From Pseudomonadota bacterium (GTDB lineage: Bacteria; Pseudomonadota; Gammaproteobacteria; SURF-13), in contig JAQBXX010000001.1 in NCBI GenBank assembly GCA_027624315.1, positions 62,203 through 126,202 on the forward strand: a DNA stretch of 64,000 bases. The letters run 5' to 3'. A program made the translations under genes and the position numbers. Every line of letters begins with the position of its first letter. Position 1 is the stretch's first letter. Positions 1 through 9,931 of this stretch are shown here, piece by piece. The notes under the pieces are model-generated. The model was given only the letters and a program-made list of their open reading frames with translations. It was not told where the DNA came from and ran no database searches.

Positions 1-316
1 GGGTCTGCAGAATCGCCAAAATATTGTCGCCCACCGTCAGCTTGCGGAACACGGAGGCCTCCTGCGGCAGATAACCCACCCCCAGGCGCGCGCGCGCATG
101 CATGGGGTAATGGGTGAGGTCGTATTCATCGAGCATGATCCGGCCGCCGCCGCAGGGGACGAGGCCGACGATCATGTAAAAGCAGGTGGTCTTACCGGCG
201 CCGTTCGGGCCGAGCAGACCCACCACCTCGCCACTCCGCACCTCGAGCGTGACATCGTTGACCACACTGCGCGACTTGTAGCGCTTGGCCAGATGCCGGG
301 CTGAAAGCAGGCTCAC
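1..316 (-). CDS. lptB: LPS export ABC transporter ATPase LptB (N-terminal part; 3' end lies beyond the window start)
   Basis: Minus-strand translation from a GTG at 316 gives [43 protein letters not shown] (Walker A) and is LptB-like. The start overlaps the lptA stop. The listed + ORF 98..304 is antisense. Confidence 0.85.
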   Translation of the reverse strand, partial: MSLLSARHLAKRYKSRSVVNDVTLEVRSGEVVGLLGPNGAGKTTCFYMIVGLVPCGGGRIMLDEYDLTHYPMHARARLGVGYLPQEASVFRKLTVGDNILAILQT

Positions 317-317
317 T

Positions 318-854
318 TCAAGGCTTGCCCGGCACCGGAGCCGGAGCGGCGGGGTCTTTCTTACGTGGCTGGATCACAATGCGGACGCGTTCCTTGCCGC
401 TGCTCGACATGCTGGCATTCACCACGTCGCGCCGCGTGTCGTACTCGATGCGGTTGCCGCTGAATTCGTCCTGCCCCTGCCACAGATGCCCGCCCTCCAG
501 CAGGATGAGCTTCCCCTTGTCGGCGTAATATTCCATGCGCTGCGCCTTGGCGCGCACATCCTCGTCCTTGTTGTCCGGGCGCTGTTTGTAACGCGCCGGA
601 TTGCCCTCGGCAATCACCTTGTCGAGTTCGCGCTGCGGGCTGTAGATCGTGACGATGTCGGCATCGAGCACCAGGGTGCCCTGGGTGGCGGTGACGTTGC
701 CCTTGTAAACACTCACCCCGGCCTTGTCGTCGATCTCGACCGTATCGGCGTCGATGTTGAGCGGCTGCTCCTTGTCGCTGGAGAGCGCATACGCGCCATC
801 AGCCAATCCGAAACTGAACAGCAACAGGAGTTTACTAACGCTTTTTCGCTTCAT
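318..854 (-). CDS. lptA: LPS transport periplasmic protein LptA
   Basis: 178 aa with a signal peptide ([23 protein letters not shown]) and an OstA-like beta-jellyroll sequence. Sits in the lptC-lptA-lptB order. Confidence 0.85.
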   Translation of the reverse strand: MKRKSVSKLLLLFSFGLADGAYALSSDKEQPLNIDADTVEIDDKAGVSVYKGNVTATQGTLVLDADIVTIYSPQRELDKVIAEGNPARYKQRPDNKDEDVRAKAQRMEYYADKGKLILLEGGHLWQGQDEFSGNRIEYDTRRDVVNASMSSSGKERVRIVIQPRKKDPAAPAPVPGKP

Positions 855-1458
855 ACCTGCCTCGCACCTTGGACAACAATTTCAACCGGCCTTCCTTGAT
901 GAACACCTGCATCCCCACCCCGCGGGTTTCACTGGTGCGCCCGGTGATCGTCACCGGTTGCGCGGTCTCGGCGTAATCCTTATCTGGTAATAGCGTCAGA
1001 TCGCGCGTCTTGAGGTGCCACACCTCGCGTGCCGGCGCCGCCGGATTTTCGATCAGCACCTCGTCCTGCAGCAGGATGCGCGTGTGGTCTTGCGACATCC
1101 AGCCGCGTTCGGCATGCACCTCCCACGGCGCCGCGTCCTCCTGATACAGGGTAATATCAGGCCGAGTGAACTCGGTGCTGCCGTCGTCCGCATAGTGCAC
1201 CATGTGCGGGGCCTGGAGCCGATGGGCAGGCTTGCCTGCGCTATCCATGGCGGTGATAACAAAATTATCCATCGTGTAGTCCGGCTCGTGACGCGGCTTG
1301 CTCTCGGGAGCGCGCCGCCCGGCCTCATTGAGGTTAAGCAGCCACTGGCTCAACAGCGCCAGCAGGCCGAGCAACGCTATCAATACCAGCGTGCGCCGCT
1401 CCGGAAGCCTGAGCCGAAATCTGGCCGGGCGGCGCATCAGAGGTGCCGAGGAGTTCAT
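835..1458 (-). CDS. lptC: LPS export inner-membrane protein LptC
   Basis: 207 aa with an N-terminal transmembrane anchor (LVLIALLGLLALLSQWLL), positioned between kdsC and lptA. Overlaps the lptA start by 20 bp. Confidence 0.75.
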   Translation of the reverse strand: MNSSAPLMRRPARFRLRLPERRTLVLIALLGLLALLSQWLLNLNEAGRRAPESKPRHEPDYTMDNFVITAMDSAGKPAHRLQAPHMVHYADDGSTEFTRPDITLYQEDAAPWEVHAERGWMSQDHTRILLQDEVLIENPAAPAREVWHLKTRDLTLLPDKDYAETAQPVTITGRTSETRGVGMQVFIKEGRLKLLSKVRGRYEAKKR

Positions 1459-1572
1459 GGGTACAGTAACATCTCCGTTACGTCCCCGCCCCTTGTTTAG
1501 GGGGCGGGACAGGGTGGGGGTAGAGTAAGGATTGAGATTTTACTTAGAAGGAGCAAAGTAAGCGATATCCGC

Positions 1573-2106
1573 TTACTTCGCTCCTTCTAAGTAACGCTGC
1601 AATTCCGCATCGAGATGCCCCTGCGCCTCCATGATGAGCTCGCACACATCACGCGCCGCGCCGCGCCCGCCCGGGCTCGGCGTTTGCCAGTGCGCATGCG
1701 CCTTGACCAGCGGATGCGCGTCCTGCACCGCGATGGCGAGACCGGCCCGGCGCATCGCCGGCAGATCCACCACGTCATCGCCTACAAATGCCGTTTGCTG
1801 CGCCTCTACGCCAAGCTTGGCGAGCAGCGTCTCGAACGCCGGCAGCTTGTCCGTATGGCCCTGATACACGTGCTCCACGCCCACGTTGGCCATGCGGTGC
1901 GCCACCACCTGCGAGGTGCGCCCGGTAATCACCGCGATATGCACGCCGGTGCGCTTCAGCATCTTCATGCCATGCCCGTCGCGCGAGTGGAAGGCCTTGT
2001 ATTCCTGGCCGTCGTCGCCGAGATAGAGGCTGCCGTCGGTGAGCACGCCGTCCACATCGAACACGACGAGTTTGATCTGCGCGGCCTTGGCGAGGATGTC
2101 TTTCAT
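1573..2106 (-). CDS. kdsC: 3-deoxy-D-manno-octulosonate 8-phosphate phosphatase KdsC (HAD family)
   Basis: HAD motif LVVFDVDGVLTDG and YrbI-like sequence. Start set at the ATG at 2106 (MKDILAKAAQ). An alternative upstream ATG at 2199 would run through a repeat-rich spacer. Confidence 0.7.
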   Translation of the reverse strand: MKDILAKAAQIKLVVFDVDGVLTDGSLYLGDDGQEYKAFHSRDGHGMKMLKRTGVHIAVITGRTSQVVAHRMANVGVEHVYQGHTDKLPAFETLLAKLGVEAQQTAFVGDDVVDLPAMRRAGLAIAVQDAHPLVKAHAHWQTPSPGGRGAARDVCELIMEAQGHLDAELQRYLEGAK

Positions 2107-2211
2107 AAATACAGTAGCGAGTGGCGAGTAGCGAGGAAATGAATACTTATTTAGAGTGTGTAGCCGGGTAGCTTTTGCTCGCCACTCGCCACTCGCCACT
2201 CGCTACTGTAG

Positions 2212-3216
2212 TCATATCACACCTGCACGCAACAGATCGTGCATGTTGAACGCGCCGACCAGCGCGCCTTTTTCATCGACCACGGGCAGCGCGTTGATCT
2301 TGTGCTTCTGCATGAGTTGCAGCGCCTCGGCGGCGAGCATCCCGGCGCGCGCGGTCTTGCCGCCGCGCGTCATCACCTGGGTGATCGGTGTCGTGTGCAC
2401 ATCGATCGCATGGTCGAGCGCGCGGCGCAGGTCGCCGTCGGTGAAAATGCCGAGCAGGCGGTCATCGGCGTCCACGACAGCGGTCATGCCCAGCCCTTTG
2501 CGCGTCATCTCCAGCAGCGCGTCACTGAGCGACGCCTGCTGCGTCACCTTCGGGATGCGCTCGCCGCTGTGCATGATATCGGCGATCAACAGCAACAGGC
2601 GCCGCCCCAGACGCCCGGCGGGATGCGAGCGCGCGAAATCCTCGGCGGTGAATCCGCGCGCCTCCAGCAGCGAAACCGCCAGCGCATCGCCCATCACCAG
2701 CGCCGCGGTAGTGCTCGCGGTAGGTGCGAGCCCGAGCGGACAGGCCTCCTGCGCCACGCTCACGTCGATGTGCACGCTGGCCATGCGGCCGAGCGTGGAG
2801 GCCGGGTTGCCGGTGAGCGCGATGAGCGGCACACCGAGGCGCTTGATGAGCGGCACAATGGTGAGAATTTCGTCGGTCTCGCCGGAGTTGGAGAGCGCGA
2901 GCACCACGTCCTTCGCGGTGATCATGCCGAGATCACCGTGGCTCGCCTCGCCGGGATGTACAAAAAACGCCGGGCTGCCGGTGCTGGCCAGCGTCGCCGC
3001 AATCTTGCCGCCGATGTGGCCGGACTTGCCCATGCCGATCACCACGATGCGCCCCTCGCAGTCCAGCATGTACTGGCAGGCACGCACGAAGTTCGCATCG
3101 ACGCGCGCGGCGAGTGCAGCCACCGCCTTGGCCTCGGTGTCGATCACGGCCCGCGCCATGCGCTGGAGTATCACGTCATCCATGCGCCGCCGGGCGGATT
3201 GGGCAGAACGATTCAT
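2212..3216 (-). CDS. kdsD: arabinose-5-phosphate isomerase KdsD (SIS plus tandem CBS domains)
   Basis: 334 aa with a SIS domain (VVIGMGKSGHIGGKIAATLASTG) and C-terminal CBS pair. Conserved order kdsD-kdsC-lptC-lptA-lptB. Confidence 0.9.
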   Translation of the reverse strand: MNRSAQSARRRMDDVILQRMARAVIDTEAKAVAALAARVDANFVRACQYMLDCEGRIVVIGMGKSGHIGGKIAATLASTGSPAFFVHPGEASHGDLGMITAKDVVLALSNSGETDEILTIVPLIKRLGVPLIALTGNPASTLGRMASVHIDVSVAQEACPLGLAPTASTTAALVMGDALAVSLLEARGFTAEDFARSHPAGRLGRRLLLLIADIMHSGERIPKVTQQASLSDALLEMTRKGLGMTAVVDADDRLLGIFTDGDLRRALDHAIDVHTTPITQVMTRGGKTARAGMLAAEALQLMQKHKINALPVVDEKGALVGAFNMHDLLRAGVI

Positions 3217-3443
3217 GGCGCTAAGTGTATAGGAATCATGGGGCAGTCACAAAACCGGCTTTATACATAGCGTCAGAAATCGTAGCGAGCGGCTTTCAGG
3301 CGGGGGCGGTGGAGCGCAGGAACCGGAGTGTACAAGTCAGTCTGCCGCTACGCGGCCCCGGATTCCGAGCACCGCACGCACCGGCATCAAAGACGCGCAG
3401 TAGATTTGTGGCGCTATGTATGGATAGTATAGTGGCGAGGAAT

Positions 3444-3878
3444 ATGAACTACTGGCTGATGAAATCCGAGCCCGATGCGTTCGGCATCGACGACCTCAAA
3501 CAGCGCCCGGCGCAGACCGAGCCGTGGGACGGTGTGCGCAATTATCAGGCGCGCAATATGATGCGTGATGACATGCAGGTGGGCGATCAGGCGTTTTTCT
3601 ACCATTCCAACTGCGCCGTGCCCGGCATCGCGGGCATGATGAAAATTGTCCGGGCGGGTTATCCCGATGCCAGTGCGTTCGATCCGCGCGGAAAACACCA
3701 TGATCCGAAGAGCACGCCCGATAACCCGCGCTGGTTTCGCGTGGATGTGCGCTACGTGCGCAAATTCAAACGCCTCATCAGCCTCGCCGAACTCAAGGCG
3801 CATCCCGAACTGCGCGGCCTTGCGCTGCTCCAGCGCGGCAACCGCCTGTCCATCATGCCGCTGACGACGGCGCAATAG
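3444..3878 (+). CDS. EVE (PUA-like) domain protein
   Basis: MNYWLMKSEPDAFGIDDL...WDGVRNYQARNMMRDDMQVGDQAFFYHS is the EVE/thymocyte-nuclear-protein-1 family signature. Start taken at the ATG at 3444, not the upstream ORF start at 3225. Confidence 0.75.
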   Translation: MNYWLMKSEPDAFGIDDLKQRPAQTEPWDGVRNYQARNMMRDDMQVGDQAFFYHSNCAVPGIAGMMKIVRAGYPDASAFDPRGKHHDPKSTPDNPRWFRVDVRYVRKFKRLISLAELKAHPELRGLALLQRGNRLSIMPLTTAQ

Positions 3879-3960
3879 AAATTCATTCTGTCGCTGGAAT
3901 AGCCACTACCGGAGAATGATCCTACCCCCATTTCACGGACACCCGGCTAAGAGAATAAAC

Positions 3961-4017
3961 GGCGCGCTCAAAAACCAAGTGCAACATTTTTCAGGAGAAA
4001 ATGTTGCATGGGAAAAA
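3961..4017 (+). mobile_element. solo IS30-family left inverted repeat (remnant)
   Basis: ggcgcgctcaaaaaccaagtgcaacatttttcaggagaaaatgttgcatggg matches the reverse complement of the left end of the complete IS30 copy (45050-45101) nearly base for base. It includes the transposase ATG and then diverges. No transposase ORF follows. Confidence 0.5.
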
Positions 4018-4076
4018 ACTTAGCTATCAAGCAGGAATATCGCAAGTCCCCGCGTCCGGACCCCCCGGACGCTGAC

Positions 4077-4337
4077 TTAATACCACTCGCCCGGATTGGC
4101 GCGCCTGCGGTAGGCATCCGTAAACATCACTAGAGCGGCGAGCACACAGAGCAGACCGAACACGACCAGCGTGCGCGGGAGCGAGCTCATGTCATCCCAC
4201 ATCATCTGCATGTGTTCGGCGAAGTGCAGCAGTGACGATTGCAGCAGCAGGAGCGAGTCCGCCACATACAATCCGAGCCATACCAGTGCGATACCGGTCA
4301 CCAGCAACGGCCAGCCAAGGGGTGGTGCACGCCTCAT
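4077..4337 (-). CDS. small two-transmembrane membrane protein (hypothetical)
   Basis: 86 aa (MRRAPPLGWPLLVTGIALVWLGLYVA...LVVFGLLCVLAALVMF) with two hydrophobic helices. A GGAGA Shine-Dalgarno lies 6 nt upstream of the ATG at 4337. It is the C-terminal part of an otherwise spurious 231-aa ORF. Confidence 0.4.
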   Translation of the reverse strand: MRRAPPLGWPLLVTGIALVWLGLYVADSLLLLQSSLLHFAEHMQMMWDDMSSLPRTLVVFGLLCVLAALVMFTDAYRRRANPGEWY

Positions 4338-4369
4338 ACGATCATCTCCGGACAGGGTGTGCGGCCATT

Positions 4370-5773
4370 CTACAACGCCTCGGAGGCGTAGTCTGCAAGC
4401 CGTGAGCGCTCGCCGCGCATGAGCGTGATATGCCCGCTGTACTGCCAGGCCTTGAACCGGTCCACCACATAGGTCAGGCCCGAGGTGGTCTCGGTGAGAT
4501 ACGGCGTGTCGATCTGCGCCACGTTGCCAAGGCACACCACCTTGCTGCCCGGCCCGGCGCGCGTGATCAGCGTCTTCATCTGCTTGGCGGTGAGGTTCTG
4601 CGCCTCGTCTAGAATGATGAATTTGTTGAGGAAGGTGCACCCGCGCATGAAATTGAGCGAGCGTATCTTGATGCGGCTGCGCAGCAGGTCGTGGGTGGCG
4701 GCGCGGCCCCAGTCGCCGCCGACATCGGACTGGGTGAGCACCTCCAGATTGTCCATCAGCGCGCCCATCCACGGCGTCATCTTCTCTTCCTCGGTGCCCG
4801 GCAGGAAGCCGATGTCTTCCCCCACCGGCACCGTCACGCGCGTCATGATGATCTCGCTGTAGCGCTTTTCATCCAGCACCTGCTCCAGGCCCGCGGCGAG
4901 CGTGAGCAGCGTCTTGCCCGCGCCCGCGGTGCCGAGCAGCGTGACAAAATCGACCTCGGAGTCCATCAGCAGATTGAGCGCGTAATTCTGTTCGCGATTG
5001 CGCGCGTTCACGCCCCACACCGCATGACGCGCGGTGCGGAAATCGCGTACCAGCTCGATCGTCGCGCTCTCACCCTCCAGCGCGCGCACGATGGCCTCGA
5101 AGCCGCTCTCATCCGCGCTGAACAAGAACTGGTTCGGACACCAGTGCGCCACCTCCGGGCCGCTGATCTTGTAAAACGTGCGCCCGCTCTCCTGCCACGA
5201 CGCCATGTTCTTGCTGTGCGTGTCCCAGAAATTCGCGGGCAGTTCCCCGGCGCCGCTGTAGAGCAGGTTGACATCGTCCAGCACCTGATCGTTGTAGTAG
5301 TCCTCGGCATACACCCCGAGCACCGCTGCCTTGATGCGCAGGTTGATGTCCTTGGAGACCAGAATCACCGTGACGTCGCGGTGCTCCTGTTGCAGCGCGA
5401 TCACCGTGCCGAGGATGTTGTTGTCCGGGCGATGGCCGGGCAGCGCCTCGTGCAGTTCGAGCGGCATGCGGCGGGTCTGAAAAAACAGACGCCCGTGGGC
5501 GCCGGCCGCCTGACTGAAGGCCGGCAGCGCAAGTCCGCGGTCGATCTCGTCCTTGCTCGCGTTGCGCATCAGATCGTCGAGAAAGCGGCTCACCTGACGC
5601 ACGTTGCGCGCGACTTCCGACAGACCCTTCTTCCCCGCGTCCAGCTCCTCCAGCACCATCATCGGCAGATAGACGTCGTGCTCCTGAAAGCGGAAGATCG
5701 CGGTGGGATCGTGCATCAACACATTGGTGTCGAGCACGAACAAACGCTTGCCGGTGATTTCTTTTCTGGTCAT
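4370..5773 (-). CDS. PhoH-like ATPase with N-terminal PIN domain (YlaK family)
   Basis: N-terminal PIN (LFVLDTNVLMHD) and C-terminal PhoH P-loop (LLGTAGAGKTLL...FIILDEAQN). Start assigned at the ATG at 5773 (MTRKEIT). Confidence 0.85.
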   Translation of the reverse strand: MTRKEITGKRLFVLDTNVLMHDPTAIFRFQEHDVYLPMMVLEELDAGKKGLSEVARNVRQVSRFLDDLMRNASKDEIDRGLALPAFSQAAGAHGRLFFQTRRMPLELHEALPGHRPDNNILGTVIALQQEHRDVTVILVSKDINLRIKAAVLGVYAEDYYNDQVLDDVNLLYSGAGELPANFWDTHSKNMASWQESGRTFYKISGPEVAHWCPNQFLFSADESGFEAIVRALEGESATIELVRDFRTARHAVWGVNARNREQNYALNLLMDSEVDFVTLLGTAGAGKTLLTLAAGLEQVLDEKRYSEIIMTRVTVPVGEDIGFLPGTEEEKMTPWMGALMDNLEVLTQSDVGGDWGRAATHDLLRSRIKIRSLNFMRGCTFLNKFIILDEAQNLTAKQMKTLITRAGPGSKVVCLGNVAQIDTPYLTETTSGLTYVVDRFKAWQYSGHITLMRGERSRLADYASEAL

Positions 5774-5799
5774 ATAACCTATAGTTCGCAACGCTAATT

Positions 5800-5896
5800 C
5801 CCTCCCCCTTTATGGGGGAGGGTTAGGGTGGGGGTGTGGTAACCGGCATCATTTCACCCCCATCCCCGCCTTCCCCCATCAAGGGGGAAGAAGTCA
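5800..5896. repeat. GC-rich REP-like repeat family, two adjacent units
   Basis: ccctccccctttatgggggagggttagggtgggggtg followed by cacccccatccccgccttcccccatcaagggggaag. Shares the core GGGGGAGGG..AGGGTGGGGGT with copies at 1476, 6411, 29408 and 16651 (inverted). Confidence 0.7.
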
Positions 5897-6370
5897 TTAT
5901 GCACCCAGCGCCTTTACCGCCTCCACCACCTCATCCACGTGCCCCTCCACCTTCACCTTGCGCCACTCCTTGCGCAACACGCCGCTCTGGTCGATGAGAA
6001 AGGTGCTGCGCTGCATGCCCACCACTTCCCTGCCGTACATCATCTTGGGCTGCATGACGTCAAACAGCGTGCATACCTTTTCGTCCGCGTCGGACAGCAG
6101 ATCGAAGCTGAAACCCTCCTGCTCCTTGAACGACTCGTGCGACTTCACGCTGTCGCGCGACACGCCCAGAACCACGGTATTCAGCCTGGCGAAGCGCGCC
6201 GCAGCATCGCGGAAATTCTGCCCCTCCAGCGTGCAGCCCGGCGTGTTGTCCTTGGGGTAGAAATACAACACGACGTTTTTTCCCTTCAGGCCGGAAAGCG
6301 CGATGCGCTTGCCGCCGGTGGCGGGCAATTCGAAATCCGGCACGGCCTTACCGACACTCACCTTGCTCAT
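5897..6370 (-). CDS. bcp: thiol peroxidase Bcp (peroxiredoxin)
   Basis: 157 aa with AhpC/TSA motif YFYPKDNTPGCT. Conserved gcvR-bcp neighbourhood. Confidence 0.9.
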   Translation of the reverse strand: MSKVSVGKAVPDFELPATGGKRIALSGLKGKNVVLYFYPKDNTPGCTLEGQNFRDAAARFARLNTVVLGVSRDSVKSHESFKEQEGFSFDLLSDADEKVCTLFDVMQPKMMYGREVVGMQRSTFLIDQSGVLRKEWRKVKVEGHVDEVVEAVKALGA

Positions 6371-6410
6371 GTTGCACCTCGTACATTATCAACGCAGCAA
6401 CAAAACATAT

Positions 6411-6470
6411 CCCCTCCCCCTTGACGGGGGAGGGCCAGGGTGGGGGTGAAATGCCTGACCCTCACCCAAC
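6411..6470. repeat. GC-rich REP-like repeat
   Basis: cccctcccccttgacgggggagggccagggtgggggtgaaatgcc forms a stem-loop (ccctccccc/gggggaggg) followed by the agggtgggggt motif. Confidence 0.7.
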
Positions 6471-6482
6471 CCTCATATAACC

Positions 6483-7013
6483 CTAGCGCTTAAGCGGCTC
6501 CAGCACCCCGTCCAGATTCATCTCCTCGCACAGATTCATGAACTCATCGCGCAGCGCCGCAATGTGCACCGAGGCGGGGATGTTGACCGTCAGGTTGAGC
6601 GCAAACATCGGCGTGGCGGAATGCGCCGAGGTATAGCCGCTGGTGTAGAGGTCTTCGATGTTGATACTGCGCGCGGTGAAAAAGTCCGCCATGCGGTAGA
6701 TGATGCCGGGACGGTCCACGGTGACGATCTCGGCGATGTAAGGCAGCAGCGGAGTCTCGGTGGAGCGCACCTCGGTACGGCGGGCGCTGATCGTGAGCCC
6801 CAGCCGCTCCTGCAACGCGGACAAGCCGCCCTCCACCTTGGCAATCGCACTCCAGTTGCCGGTGATCATGAGCACAGCGGCAAACTCGCTCCCCAGCACC
6901 GTCATGCGGCTGTCGGCGATGGTGCAGCCGCACTCCATCAGCGCCTGCGCCAACTCCTTGAGCAGCCCGGGCCGGTCTTTACCCAAGGCGGAAATAACGA
7001 GCAAGACTTTCAT
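6483..7013 (-). CDS. gcvR: ACT-domain glycine cleavage regulator GcvR-like protein
   Basis: 176 aa with two ACT-like halves. It sits upstream of bcp, as gcvR does in enterobacteria and pseudomonads. Confidence 0.7.
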   Translation of the reverse strand: MKVLLVISALGKDRPGLLKELAQALMECGCTIADSRMTVLGSEFAAVLMITGNWSAIAKVEGGLSALQERLGLTISARRTEVRSTETPLLPYIAEIVTVDRPGIIYRMADFFTARSINIEDLYTSGYTSAHSATPMFALNLTVNIPASVHIAALRDEFMNLCEEMNLDGVLEPLKR

Positions 7014-7186
7014 TCGATATGGGCGCCCCAGCGCAACATTGGATAATGTGGATATTGATGGGATGTTAAGTGACTTTCATTATACAAACAATTCACCACC
7101 GCGGAAAAAGAAAAGCCCCTCGTGAGAGGGGCTTTGAGTAATTGGGCTTGTTTCGTATTCAGCCCAACAGTGCTTGTTGTGATGGG

Positions 7187-7610
7187 TTACAGCTTACAGA
7201 GAATTGGAGCAGAGCCTTGCGCGGTCAAGCATCCGCTACCGGTTTTAGCCCAAGTCGTAGCGCCGACACCCAAAGTAGGAATCAATATTAAAGTGGATGC
7301 CGCATTAGTGGTGGAGGTTGGCGTTACGGTAATAGTTCCATTTGCGACAGCAATGGACGCTACATGAGTTGTTGCTTGTGTGGCGGGGATGCCATTTGTC
7401 TCAATATCACAGCCTGTAACGGTACCAAGTTCTTGTGCACAGATAGCAACAGCGGTTTTGTATGCGCTTGACACTGCAACCACTTCTGCGAATTTAGCCT
7501 TAAACGTGTAATCTTGGTAAGCTGGAATCGCCACAGCCGCCAGAATACCAATGATGGCGACCACGATCATCAATTCAATCAGGGTAAAGCCTTGTTGCAG
7601 CTTTTTCATA
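7187..7610 (-). CDS. pilA: type IVa pilin (PilA)
   Basis: [34 protein letters not shown] is the class III signal peptide with the N-methylphenylalanine site. A C-terminal Cys...Cys loop is present. The gene is AT-rich relative to its flanks. An AGGAGC Shine-Dalgarno lies 7 nt upstream of the ATG at 7610. Confidence 0.85.
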
Positions 7611-7704
7611 ATGTGCTCCTCAATGTAGGTTAAATTTTTAGCAACCTCGAGCCCGGTCTTGTAGCAGGTGACTACGGACTCGAAGCTTGACGGGCAACTA
7701 CTCA

Positions 7705-7720
7705 GCAGCATTCGTGCCAC
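7705..7720 (-). promoter_or_regulatory. sigma-54 (-24/-12) promoter candidate for pilA
   Basis: The minus strand reads TGGCACgaatgCTGCT, matching TGGCAC-N5-TTGCW, about 95 nt upstream of the pilA ATG. Pilin genes in pseudomonads are typically RpoN/PilR dependent. Confidence 0.5.
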
Positions 7721-8007
7721 CCGGCTTGATCCCGGACTTTATTTAAAACAACTCACTATTTTTTAATAATTTTATATTCTTGTACACCGCTTCATGCAGC
7801 ACCTGAATGAGATCTTTTCGGGGCAAGCATTCTCCACGTCACCCAACGTTTAGCGCAGAATGTGACGCAAAACGTCACCTGCTCCCCCAACCCTCCTCGC
7901 TGCGTCAGCAGCGTAGCGTGCGCCATACGCACGCTGAGGCAAGCCGGAGTATCCATACTACGACTCTTGACTCGGTAGCTACATGGTCATATATTATGAC
8001 TATGTTA

Positions 8008-8160
8008 GGGAAGCTCTGATTTATTCAGAGCTTCCCTGCGGCACACGGATGTGCCGCCATTTCTCAAACACGCAAGTGTTTGAGAAATGAAGAAAAACGA
8101 AAATCGCATTTTCGTTTTTCGTCTCTGAAAATTCCATGGATGGAATTATTCAGAGTTTCC
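8008..8160 (-). repeat. composite multi-hairpin intergenic element, copy A (inverted relative to copies C and D)
   Basis: The reverse complement aligns module by module with 28922-29075 and 31843-31984. The modules are ctctgaataattcc..ggaatt..cagag, gaaaaacgaaaatgcgattttcgtttttc, tttctcaaacacttgcgtgtttgagaaa, gcggcacatccgtgtgccgc and gggaagctctgaataaatcagagcttccc. Confidence 0.8.
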
Positions 8161-8179
8161 TTAGTAAGGGAGAGTCGCC

Positions 8180-8403
8180 ATGGAAAAGTTTAACATCGCC
8201 GAAGCCAAGGCTCATTTTTCCGAGCTGGTGCAGAAGGCCATGCTGGGTAAAGAGGTGATTATCGCCAAGGGTAGCAAGCCCCTGCTCAAGCTGGTTCCAC
8301 TGGCGCCAACACAGCCGCGCAAGCCGGGGTCGGGTAAGGGGCAGGTGCTCCATGTGGCATCTGATTTCGATGCCGCTCTGGAGGATTTTAAGGGCTACAC
8401 CTG

Positions 8404-8404
<1 letters not shown>
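8180..8404 (+). CDS. type II antitoxin (Phd/YefM-like, VapB-type)
   Basis: 74 aa, MEKFNIAEAKAHFSELVQKAMLGKEVIIAKGSKPLLKLVP. Overlaps the downstream PIN toxin start (ATGA). Confidence 0.8.
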
Positions 8405-9838
<1,434 letters not shown>

Positions 9839-9931
9839 CGGATCCGACACCCGTTTGCCGGTTCCGCGCTGCGCGCTTGCACCGACCTGCCGTGTAACAC
9901 TCCCGTCATATATGTTTCATATCCTCACGGC

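Noticed and set aside
98-304. 68-aa + ORF at the window start
   Set aside because: Lies antisense inside lptB, whose minus-strand translation is unambiguous.
2156-3270. Two long + strand ORFs (358 and 343 aa) over kdsD
   Set aside because: Antisense to kdsD, with Ser/Arg/Ala-rich low-complexity composition typical of high-GC artefacts.
4077-4772. 231-aa minus-strand ORF overlapping the 3' part of the PIN-PhoH gene
   Set aside because: Arg- and Pro-rich GC-frame artefact in a different frame of the PhoH gene. Only its last 86 codons (the small membrane protein, 4077-4337) have a Shine-Dalgarno and a plausible sequence.
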